From the IMG/VR virus record IMGVR_UViG_3300044949_001207, positions 1 through 59,377 of that record: DNA of 59,377 nucleotides, one strand, 5' to 3'. Of this stretch, positions 44,558 to 52,959 are shown piece after piece; the first letter of the stretch is position 1; each line of letters begins with the position of its first letter. This stretch comes from a virus (Duplodnaviria > Caudoviricetes). The notes beneath the pieces are model-generated. The model did no database searches. It saw nothing but the letters and a program-made list of their open reading frames with translations, and was not told where the DNA came from. Made by a program: the position numbers and the translations under genes.

Positions 44558-45108
44558 TTGTGCTTCCTGCCGTACTTGGCTACCACCATCTCCCGCAGCT
44601 CACCGCTTTTCATGGTCGGGTGACGCTGAGACTCGACCCGCATCATCTCCCTGGTCAGCCGCTCACTCAGCGCCTTGCGCTTGGGGGCGACTTGATGCCC
44701 CTTGTGCTCGACCGCACCGGACACCGTCAGGTTGCGGTCAATCGCGACCCGCTTGATATCCGCGGTGCTGTCCACCCAGGCGGCAGGGTCTGCCGGGCCT
44801 CGACGGTCAGCCAGTGAGCTGGCGTAGTACTTGCCGCTAGGATTTATTCCGGCCCGCTTTGCGGCGGCGATGATCTGGCGGGCATGGTCGGGAGGCATCG
44901 CGTCCAGCTGCTGGTTGTTGTACCGGCCCTGCATGTAGGCCCGATCCGTCCCCTTGACCCCTGGCGGTTGCTGCAGCGCGCACATCTCCGCCCATTTGTG
45001 AGATAGGCCTTCTGACCGCAATCGTTCGTACATTTCCAATGCGTCCCTTCCAGCCAGGCGGATGCTTGCTGGAACGTCTACTGTGTCGCTGGAGGTATCT
45101 GAGGGCAT
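44554..45108 (-). CDS. Conserved portal-adjacent hypothetical protein
   Basis: AAGGAG SD; PPGVKGTDRA...DPAAWV. Confidence 0.7.
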   Translation of the reverse strand: MPSDTSSDTVDVPASIRLAGRDALEMYERLRSEGLSHKWAEMCALQQPPGVKGTDRAYMQGRYNNQQLDAMPPDHARQIIAAAKRAGINPSGKYYASSLADRRGPADPAAWVDSTADIKRVAIDRNLTVSGAVEHKGHQVAPKRKALSERLTREMMRVESQRHPTMKSGELREMVVAKYGRKHK

Positions 45109-45340
45109 TCCGTACTCCTTCAATGCAGTCGCCAAGGCGGGCCAATCCGACGTTGCACTCACGACAAATCAGCCCGCGAACAGCTCCTGTGGCGTGGCAG
45201 TGGTCAACAAAGTTCCCAGGCTTGATGCGGCATATCTCGCACTTCCCCTTGTTTTTGGCCTGCATGGCCTCAAACGACGCTAGGGTGATCCGGTATCTCA
45301 CCCACAGGTTGGCGCGGCGTTTGTTGATGTCCGGTGCCAT
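44837..45340 (-). CDS. Endonuclease VII-like (homing) endonuclease
   Basis: Y.IT...CEIC...VDHCHATGAVRGLICRECNVGL. Confidence 0.85.
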   Translation of the reverse strand: MAPDINKRRANLWVRYRITLASFEAMQAKNKGKCEICRIKPGNFVDHCHATGAVRGLICRECNVGLARLGDCIEGVRNALRYLQRHSRRSSKHPPGWKGRIGNVRTIAVRRPISQMGGDVRAAATARGQGDGSGLHAGPVQQPAAGRDASRPCPPDHRRRKAGRNKS

Positions 45341-47364
45341 TACGCAACCGGGGGCTGCAGCTCAGGAGGGACTTCGGGCGGCATGTCCGCAGGAGGTGAA
45401 CCAGCATCCGCCCCCCCAGCGACCGGCCCACCGGAGGGAGGTTGCGGCGGCGGCGCTGGGGGAGGCGGAGGTGGGAGAAGGTATGGGGTGACATCGATGT
45501 CCAAGGAATCCGCCCAATCTTTCATCAAGGCGTTGAAAGGATCGACAACACCGGCACCGACGAGATTGGAAAGGATCGGCCCAAGCGTCTGAACGCTGAG
45601 CTGCATCTGTTCGACGCGCGTTGCCTTGTTGGGCTTGCGGGCGCTTCCGGCCTCGACGCGGTACAGGAAGTCGCGCGTCAGGCGAACGATGTCCTGCTGA
45701 GCCACCGTCTGCTGCCATGCAACCGCGCCAAGCGGGCCGAGCACAGGGGCAACGTCCTGGGGTTCGAGCAACCACCGCACAGCCAGAGCCTCTCTCCTGG
45801 CGAGAAGGCCCATGCAGTCTTCGAGTTCGTTCGCCATGTTGTCCGGACGAACGCTGATGTTTTCGTTCTTGATCTGTGCTTCTGCGGCACTGCGGAACTG
45901 GTTCCTTGTGTAACCGTACACCAGCTCAGAAAGCCCGGTGCGCTGGGCGAACTGATCCATGATCGCGGAGATGATGTCCCACAGATCCCGCGTCACTTGC
46001 GGGAATTGGAAGACCGACATCACATCCTCAATGCGTCGGCCCAGCAGCTCAGAGAGTTCGATGATCTTAAAGCCACCCTCAGACGGGGCGAGGATCTGAT
46101 CCTTGATCGTCTGGTCAGCGGCCTTCTGCACCGCCACCATGGTCTCGCAGCTCGTCGCGATCCTGGTCGCCAGGAACGAAAAGCACCAATTCAACAGCCG
46201 CAGCTCACCAATGGCAGGGCGAATGTGGCTCACCGGCCAGGCGTACCCAGGCTTCCAGTGGAACGCCAAGCCCGTAAACGGCCATCCATTCGGGTCGGCG
46301 TAGAACGGGATGGGCCAGGCCACCCTTGGCAGCAGGCTCTGCGGGATGCCCAGCTGCTCGTCCACCTCTTCGTCCATCACCGCAGGCGGGACGTTCAGCG
46401 GGTAGTGGACGCCTTCGCAGATCACCAGATAGCAGTACTTGCCGAGGGAATCGAATACCCCCTTCGACTCTTTCGGGGCATCCTTGAGCCTGTCGCCCAT
46501 TCCCGTCTTCGACCAAATCTTGTAGAAGGTGACGAGCTGGTTGGTGTTCTCGACCTTCTTCTTGCGAGGCTCCCGGCCCAGCTTGTGGTCTTCCCGGTCA
46601 AAGTGCTTCTGGAGATCCTCAACCGGGACGCCGTAGGTTTCCGCGACTTCCGCCAGCGGGCGAACGCACTTGCGGGCGCACCAGAGCATGTCATCGGCAT
46701 TGTCGAAGTCGGGGTCGATGAGGAGGTTATCGACGGTGTCGTAGAAGCTACCGACCATCTTCATCGGCGGGGTGCTGCCGTCGCTCGAAGTGTCGAGCAC
46801 AACCAGCTCCGTCCAGAAAACACCCATCCCCTTGATCATCGCCTCATTCACGACCTTGCGGGCCTGCCGCTTCAGGTCGAGTTCCTGGCAATTCCAGTTC
46901 AGGTAGCTCTGCATCAGCTGGGCGGCGATCTTCCGCTGTGCCTTGCCGCGGATCTCGCCCTCGACCACCTGGATGATTTCCTGCTGCTCAGGCGACGGCA
47001 TGCCGTTCTCGCCCGCAGGCTCCGCCAGGCCAAACTGCTCGAAGGGCAGCTCAGGGTGCTCCATCACCGTCACTGTGCGGACGGGATTCCGGTGATAGAT
47101 CACCGACGCAAAAATCTCGACCAGCTCAAACACCTTGTTGAGCTGCATCCGAAAGCTGGGCGGGGCGATGGACGAGTTGTACCCGCGCTCGCCGCGGGCA
47201 TACCCGTCCTTCCACATCCAGTTGTGCTCACCATCGAAGAACTGCGAAGCCTCCTTCGCGTCCTCCGTAAACGACTTTTTGTAATCTGTCGCTGCTTTGA
47301 GCTTTTTGACCCAGGTCGCAACGACCTGTCGCAGCGGATTACTTGTCGGCAGTGTTTCGGCCAC
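45340..47364 (-). CDS. Portal protein
   Basis: 674 aa after terminase; IKGMG, IDPD, TGLSE, SAAEAQI; Pro-rich tail. Confidence 0.85.
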   Translation of the reverse strand: MAETLPTSNPLRQVVATWVKKLKAATDYKKSFTEDAKEASQFFDGEHNWMWKDGYARGERGYNSSIAPPSFRMQLNKVFELVEIFASVIYHRNPVRTVTVMEHPELPFEQFGLAEPAGENGMPSPEQQEIIQVVEGEIRGKAQRKIAAQLMQSYLNWNCQELDLKRQARKVVNEAMIKGMGVFWTELVVLDTSSDGSTPPMKMVGSFYDTVDNLLIDPDFDNADDMLWCARKCVRPLAEVAETYGVPVEDLQKHFDREDHKLGREPRKKKVENTNQLVTFYKIWSKTGMGDRLKDAPKESKGVFDSLGKYCYLVICEGVHYPLNVPPAVMDEEVDEQLGIPQSLLPRVAWPIPFYADPNGWPFTGLAFHWKPGYAWPVSHIRPAIGELRLLNWCFSFLATRIATSCETMVAVQKAADQTIKDQILAPSEGGFKIIELSELLGRRIEDVMSVFQFPQVTRDLWDIISAIMDQFAQRTGLSELVYGYTRNQFRSAAEAQIKNENISVRPDNMANELEDCMGLLARREALAVRWLLEPQDVAPVLGPLGAVAWQQTVAQQDIVRLTRDFLYRVEAGSARKPNKATRVEQMQLSVQTLGPILSNLVGAGVVDPFNALMKDWADSLDIDVTPYLLPPPPPPAPPPQPPSGGPVAGGADAGSPPADMPPEVPPELQPPVA

Positions 47365-47668
47365 TGTTGGTCTTCTCAGCGGACTTGGCGGGTTGCATCA
47401 GTTCGCGGAGGGTGGCCGTTCCTGGTGTGAACTGCCAGCATCCCAGTTCGTGCCAACCATGGTCGCCCAGGAGGTCAGGGTCACTCTTGTGGTGAACGCT
47501 GTTTCGCTGAACGAATCCGGCTGTGGTGAACGTCAGGATGCTTATGGTCGTGTCACCCACTCCAATTACCCAGCCAACCGCCGGGTCGGAGAATCCCCTC
47601 AGGTCGTTGCTGTAGAGGACGCAATCCCCAAGGGACGGAACGGGCATTTTCCACTCAGTTGAAGTCAT
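47339..47668 (-). CDS. Hypothetical protein
   Basis: AGGAG SD; PSLGDCVLY...VHHKSDP. Confidence 0.7.
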   Translation of the reverse strand: MTSTEWKMPVPSLGDCVLYSNDLRGFSDPAVGWVIGVGDTTISILTFTTAGFVQRNSVHHKSDPDLLGDHGWHELGCWQFTPGTATLRELMQPAKSAEKTNSGRNTADK

Positions 47669-49388
47669 TTCTGTCTCCTTGCGGGCCTAAGAATACATAG
47701 CTGCCATGCTGGTCTGTCAGCCGCTTTTTGCGGTCGGCCTGCCACTTCACCCACCATGGATCTGGCTCTTTGTATTGGGGCGGCGGCTTGTGGTAACGCG
47801 GGCGATATGCGCAGAGGTACTCAAGCGTCTGGCACAAATGCACCTCGCCCCTGGTGTTCGGCTTGTCGGTGACGATGGCCGCGCCGGAAACGTAGTTCAC
47901 CAGCTTCCTGTAGCGCTTGATCTCCCGCTCCAGGTCGGGGCAGCTGTTGGAAAGCACCCGCAGGATCGGGGTTCCCTCTGGGCGGATGTGCATGGCCGTC
48001 CTGGTGGCCTCCATACGGGCGGGGATGTCATCACACCCGGCAAGAAAACTGGCCCCTGTGATCTGGCTGCGGATGCCCCGCTTGACGAGCTGCTCTGTGT
48101 ACTGCTCGACGGGGAGGCGACCGGAGCCGATGTCTCTCAGCCTGCCGCCGTGGGCATCGATGAGGAACGCATGGAAGTGCCAGCCCTTGACCTTCTTCTC
48201 GAACTCCTCACCAAAGATGACGGCATTGGACTGCCTGAGGTAGAGCTGGTCGTACACCAACCAGAAGTCCTCTGACGGCGGGACGGCGGCGAACAGGACA
48301 GCCGTCACCGCATGGCCTGGGTCGATGACCGCGTATCGCGTCCAATCATGGGGGATCTGGCTATCGGGCAGGTCAGACCGGCTCATCCCATGAATCCGCA
48401 TGTCGAAGTTGGGATAGCACAGGACGGAGTCGGTGATGAAGTCGCCCTCAGCCCGCATGCGGAGAACGTCCTCACCGGCAGCTGCCCACCGCTCCAACGA
48501 CTTCCGCTTCTCATCGTCATCGATGTAGGGGTTGTCCAAGAACCGGAGCTTGAACAGCCGGATGTTGGACTTGTCGCCCAGAGCCTGCTCACTGGCGTCG
48601 GCCCGCTCCTTGAGAGAGAGCAGGGCGTTATTGGTCGAGTGCGGCATAGCCGACCAGCAGAAGACACCCTTGCGGTCGGACAGACGGGCCTGGGCTTCGG
48701 GGATATGCCGCTCGTCGTTCAAGTCCTCATCGACATGAATCCGATCCGCTTGATACCCCTGCGCTGGCTCACCCTCAGACGAGAAGAAGTGGATCACCCA
48801 ACCATTCACAAGGGTGCATTGCTGGATGTAGTTGGCGCTCTTGAGCACCCAGCTGGTGGACTTGATCATCCGCTTGGGGATCAGCGGCGGAGCTGGACGC
48901 GACTCGCCCTTGCGGTGCTTGTCCTCGACCGGATTGAACGCCCGCCACTCGCCGGTCTGCTCGTCCTTGATGATCCGGAACGCCCCCTTATTGAAGAGCA
49001 TCGGATACACCACCAGGCCGATGTGCTTCCAATCCCGACCAATGATGATGAGGATGCCGTTCTCTTTGGGGTACTTGTTGAACGGGTCTTGCCCCGTCAC
49101 CGCCCTGGCGTCCTCCACGAAGGTGCAAAGACTCTTGCCGGATCGATTGCCGCCGATCACCAGGATTTCACTGGCCTTGCACTTGTGGATCTCCTCCTGC
49201 TGCGGGTTCGGGCGGTACAGCCTTAGCGCTTCGATTCGCCTTTCGCGGAGTTCGTTTTGAATGTCCTTGAGGCCGTCCCGCTGGAACTGCGTCAGGGATG
49301 GCGTCTGCGGGATCGCAGGCGGGGAGACCTTCGGGTGCCGAGGCTGGCGTTTCCGCGGTGAGCCGCCGGGGTTCTTCTGCTTTGACAT
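47655..49388 (-). CDS. terL: Terminase large subunit
   Basis: Walker A GGNRSGKS, Walker B IHVDE, coupling SAMP, DNPYI, nuclease AVIDPG. Confidence 0.92.
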   Translation of the reverse strand: MSKQKNPGGSPRKRQPRHPKVSPPAIPQTPSLTQFQRDGLKDIQNELRERRIEALRLYRPNPQQEEIHKCKASEILVIGGNRSGKSLCTFVEDARAVTGQDPFNKYPKENGILIIIGRDWKHIGLVVYPMLFNKGAFRIIKDEQTGEWRAFNPVEDKHRKGESRPAPPLIPKRMIKSTSWVLKSANYIQQCTLVNGWVIHFFSSEGEPAQGYQADRIHVDEDLNDERHIPEAQARLSDRKGVFCWSAMPHSTNNALLSLKERADASEQALGDKSNIRLFKLRFLDNPYIDDDEKRKSLERWAAAGEDVLRMRAEGDFITDSVLCYPNFDMRIHGMSRSDLPDSQIPHDWTRYAVIDPGHAVTAVLFAAVPPSEDFWLVYDQLYLRQSNAVIFGEEFEKKVKGWHFHAFLIDAHGGRLRDIGSGRLPVEQYTEQLVKRGIRSQITGASFLAGCDDIPARMEATRTAMHIRPEGTPILRVLSNSCPDLEREIKRYRKLVNYVSGAAIVTDKPNTRGEVHLCQTLEYLCAYRPRYHKPPPQYKEPDPWWVKWQADRKKRLTDQHGSYVFLGPQGDRNDFN

Positions 49389-49899
49389 TGATGGTTGTCC
49401 CCTTGAACGATGCCAGGGCTTCCTGGAATCGGTTGTTGAGTTCCTGCTCCAGCTCCTCTTCAGACCACAGGGACAGGGGTTTCTTGGCCCCGCCCTGCTC
49501 GACGTTCTTGCTTACCAGGCGGCAGAGGGTCTCAAGCAATCTGTTTCTGGCCGACCCGCCAGGCGGAGAGTCCCAGTACTGCTTGACCATGACCGCAGAG
49601 AACCCGGCCACTCCGCCGAAGTACTGGAAGACCCGCTCAATCACCTCAGCGGAGTGCGGAATGTTCGAGCCACCCTTGGCGGATGACTGCAGGAACAGAT
49701 CCACACCGGCAGCTTCGATCTGCCGCAGGCTGGCTTCCCGTTTGGCCTGCTTCCGCTCAGCACTGGCCCGCCGAGCCTTGGCCCGACAGGAGAGGCACTC
49801 CGCCGTGAAGTGACCCTTGCCGTCCTTGGTCTTCCAGCGGAAGTGCTGTTTGTCGAGCGGGTACTCAGTGCCGCAGACAGAGCATGTACGGTTGTCCAT
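49168..49899 (-). CDS. Candidate terminase small subunit with N-terminal Zn finger
   Basis: CSVC...CLSC; SEEELEQEL C-terminal motif; immediately upstream of terL. Confidence 0.5.
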   Translation of the reverse strand: MDNRTCSVCGTEYPLDKQHFRWKTKDGKGHFTAECLSCRAKARRASAERKQAKREASLRQIEAAGVDLFLQSSAKGGSNIPHSAEVIERVFQYFGGVAGFSAVMVKQYWDSPPGGSARNRLLETLCRLVSKNVEQGGAKKPLSLWSEEELEQELNNRFQEALASFKGTTINVKAEEPRRLTAETPASAPEGLPACDPADAIPDAVPAGRPQGHSKRTPRKANRSAKAVPPEPAAGGDPQVQGQ

Positions 49900-49976
49900 G
49901 CCTATAAAGCATAACACCCCGCGGGTTCAAACCGCAGGGTGCCAGAGGCGATTCTTCTTCCGGTTCGATCAAGCGA

Positions 49977-50600
49977 TCAGATCTGATCGCTCCACAGATT
50001 GATGCGAATGGAGGTCGCGGCGGAGGCGACGTTGGCGGCGGCACCAGTGTGCTGGCCGATCATCACCGTACCAGTGCTGGAGGTGGCGTCACCCTTGTAG
50101 GTGACCGACCCAGCCGTCGCACTGACCACCGCAGCCAGGCCAGCGGTGTAGGCCGTCGAGCCGCTGGCACCAGCGGTCTTCAGCACCGTCACCGGCCCCT
50201 TCACCACCACCCAGACGATGTCGTTCTGCCGGATGTCCACACCGGAGGGGATGTATTCATCCACCACCCCGTAGGCACGACCGTCAGCGACGTTCGTCGC
50301 AGTGGCGGCGGCAGAAAACTCCGTCATCGACGCATTGGCCTTGCCGGTGTCAAACGCCACCAGCTTGCCAGCCAGGGACGCACCCGTCGTGTTCGACCCC
50401 TTGTAGCGGGCCGCGACACAGTAGACGAGGCGGTTGCTGTTCCGCGCACCCGTCGAGGGGTTCACATCCTGGAAGGCCTTGATCTGGCCGACGATCTCAC
50501 CACCGGCAATCGGGTTGCTATCGCCGTCGAGTTCAATCGCCTCGCCACTCAGAAGAGTAGTGCCGCGACGGAAGAACGGATCACTGAAAATGCTCGACAT
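49977..50600 (-). CDS. Capsid decoration/cement-like protein
   Basis: A/G/T-rich, directly after major capsid gene; GVVDEY...WVVVKGP. Confidence 0.6.
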   Translation of the reverse strand: MSSIFSDPFFRRGTTLLSGEAIELDGDSNPIAGGEIVGQIKAFQDVNPSTGARNSNRLVYCVAARYKGSNTTGASLAGKLVAFDTGKANASMTEFSAAATATNVADGRAYGVVDEYIPSGVDIRQNDIVWVVVKGPVTVLKTAGASGSTAYTAGLAAVVSATAGSVTYKGDATSSTGTVMIGQHTGAAANVASAATSIRINLWSDQI

Positions 50601-50618
50601 GGTTCAGATGTCTCCTTA

Positions 50619-51785
50619 TCAGGCTTGAGCCGTAACGGGGGCGAGGAGGAAGAAGTTACGCGGCGAACGGAAACGCAGGTTGCCGAGTGTGGAGCAGGCA
50701 TACCGATAGCTTTGGGTCTCTTCCGAAAAGAACGGCCCCTCAGCCACCATCAGCTGATTCTCCAGGCAACGCAGCTCCATATTTCCGATGGAAATGCCGT
50801 AACCGCGGCCCGCCGGGCAGGCGTATTCCGAAGTCACCTCGACCCCGTCGAGGCTGACGGTGTCGCTGAAACCCAGAGCCTTCAGGCCGTTCTCCTTCGA
50901 CACGACGATCCGCTCTTGATCCTTGTAGGAATTCAAGAACTGGATGTAGAGCTGGCGATCCAGCACCACCATGTCAATCTGGGCCTCCTTCGTGTCGTTC
51001 CGCTTGCACTGCGTGATGCCTTCACGCATCGCGAAGACGCTGTTGGCCCGCCAGCTGCGAGTGCCAGCCGAGTTAAACGACGAGGCGTTGTAGTTGATGA
51101 TCACAGGCGAATAGAAGTCGAACTCCGGATCGACCGGGACGTTCGGCCACTGGCCGGTGGTGGCGTTGATACGACCACCACCGTAGTAGCCGAGCTTCGT
51201 GGACAGCCCGGCGTAGTTGTCATCCGGGAAGCCATAGCGGTCGGCAGTGCCGCCCAGGAAGGGGGCAGTGCCGGTGCTGTCGAGCGTTGCCACGCCGGAA
51301 TCCGACTCATCGACGGTGCCGGTGTAGTTCAGGAAGGAGTCCATGCCGTGGAAGTCGTTCTCCGCGCCCGTCGCGTTGCCGTCCTTGTACGGCTGATACG
51401 ACAGGTGCTGTTCGAGCGACTCCTTGAGCCGCTCCGCCATCTTCGACGCCACATCGACCAGCGCCTGCTGGCCGCGGTTCTCCAAAAGCTCTCGACGGTA
51501 GATGGCGTCGGTGGTCGTAAAGCCGCGCCAAGGAAGCTCGACGCGCTTCCACATGTTGACCCGGCTGAACGTCCGAGGGGTGTCCCCGGTGTTCCCGGTC
51601 ACAGGCGCGTTGCGATAGCGCACATTCCAGTCGAAACCTCGACCGGACTGATTCATGATGACGTTGCCGCTCGACTCGAGCATCGCAAAGATTTTGAACT
51701 TCCGGAACGTCGTCAGCTCTTCCTCACGAAGATGGTTGACGATGGTCGTTCCGATAACGCGACTCCAGTCGGTGGGCGAAGCCAT
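50619..51785 (-). CDS. Major capsid protein
   Basis: 388 aa between scaffold-like and decoration genes; HK97-like layout (DFHGMDS, GNLRFRSPR). Confidence 0.8.
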   Translation of the reverse strand: MASPTDWSRVIGTTIVNHLREEELTTFRKFKIFAMLESSGNVIMNQSGRGFDWNVRYRNAPVTGNTGDTPRTFSRVNMWKRVELPWRGFTTTDAIYRRELLENRGQQALVDVASKMAERLKESLEQHLSYQPYKDGNATGAENDFHGMDSFLNYTGTVDESDSGVATLDSTGTAPFLGGTADRYGFPDDNYAGLSTKLGYYGGGRINATTGQWPNVPVDPEFDFYSPVIINYNASSFNSAGTRSWRANSVFAMREGITQCKRNDTKEAQIDMVVLDRQLYIQFLNSYKDQERIVVSKENGLKALGFSDTVSLDGVEVTSEYACPAGRGYGISIGNMELRCLENQLMVAEGPFFSEETQSYRYACSTLGNLRFRSPRNFFLLAPVTAQA

Positions 51786-51807
51786 GTGTGCTTTTCCTCT
51801 TACGGGG

Positions 51808-52899
51808 TCAGATCAAACCTTCGCGCTGCAGATTCGCTGCAAGCTTTTCCGCGAAGGTCATCGGCTTTGAGGGAACTCTGGCGTCTGTGGTTGCCGCGGG
51901 CCTCTGACTCGCAGTTCGCATGGCTTGCTGTCGCAAGTACTCCATGTTCCTTTGAGCAGTTGCATCGGCAGGACTTGGAGCTTGAGGTGCCGCCTGCATC
52001 GCTGCCTGCGGAGCCTGCGGCTGGGCCTGTTGGTGCTGTGCCTGCTGGGCGGATTGCGAACGAAGGCTGGCGAGCATCAGATCCCGCTCGACCATCTTCG
52101 TTGCAAAGTCCCAGCGGGCCTGCGCACCGGCAATGCCCAACTGCTTTGCGTCCTGTATGTATTTCTGGACAGCCAACCCCTCCGGAGATACATTCCCACT
52201 TTGGTCGTACAGCCAATCAGCGTTTTCCCGCTCCAATTTCGTGACAAAATCTTCGTCACGCATGCGCTGAATCTGCTCACCGACGATGGCTTGGGCGCGC
52301 TGCACGGCGACCTTCTCCACCATCGGGCCGAGCGTCTGCTCAGGATTCTCAAGGAACTTCTTGGCGAAGTCGGCCCGGTAGGCCAGGTGCTCAGTGAGAG
52401 CACTCTTCGCCTCCAGCGGTGCGTTTTCCGCGATCACCTCCCGCCCGTTCTCGTCGCGGACGAGCCACTGGCGGTATGAGTCCTTGATTTTCGGCGGGTT
52501 CCACCAGCTCGACTCTTCTGGCTGCGGCTGGCGGGGAGCTGCTACCGGAGCGGCCTGGCCCTGTTCGCGGGATGACTTCCACTGCTCGAAGGCCTCCCGG
52601 TTGCTCAGGTAGTCGCTGGCAAACGGGATGATCTGCTGGTACTGCTGAAGCGCGCGGGACGCGGCCTGCTCCCGCTGCAGCGATTCGTACAAGCCAGCGG
52701 CGACAGCTCTATCGTCCTGGCCCTGGAACTGGGGGAGCGACTTGAACGCGCCCCACAGGTCGGTGACGCTGTAGCCCTGCTCCTGAACCGGCGCGGCCTC
52801 TGCGGATGCCACCGCAGCCGCCTCTGACTGCTCCGATTCAACTGGTGCCGCCGATACTTCCTCAGCGACCTCTGCGGACTGAACCTCTTCCTCTGACAT
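51808..52899 (-). CDS. Capsid scaffolding-like protein
   Basis: Acidic A/E/Q-rich, upstream of capsid gene; AGGAGG SD. Confidence 0.65.
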   Translation of the reverse strand: MSEEEVQSAEVAEEVSAAPVESEQSEAAAVASAEAAPVQEQGYSVTDLWGAFKSLPQFQGQDDRAVAAGLYESLQREQAASRALQQYQQIIPFASDYLSNREAFEQWKSSREQGQAAPVAAPRQPQPEESSWWNPPKIKDSYRQWLVRDENGREVIAENAPLEAKSALTEHLAYRADFAKKFLENPEQTLGPMVEKVAVQRAQAIVGEQIQRMRDEDFVTKLERENADWLYDQSGNVSPEGLAVQKYIQDAKQLGIAGAQARWDFATKMVERDLMLASLRSQSAQQAQHQQAQPQAPQAAMQAAPQAPSPADATAQRNMEYLRQQAMRTASQRPAATTDARVPSKPMTFAEKLAANLQREGLI

Positions 52900-52959
52900 G
52901 GCATTCCTCCTGGGCTGCGCCAAGTGTTGGCGTGCCAGGAGTGGAGGTGCCAGCCATTT

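Noticed and set aside
45442-52244. Long + strand ORFs (45442..47430, 50049..52244; also 40245..41696 and 41898..43472)
   Set aside because: Antisense shadows of portal, capsid and tail genes expected from GC-rich codon bias; no motifs or SD support
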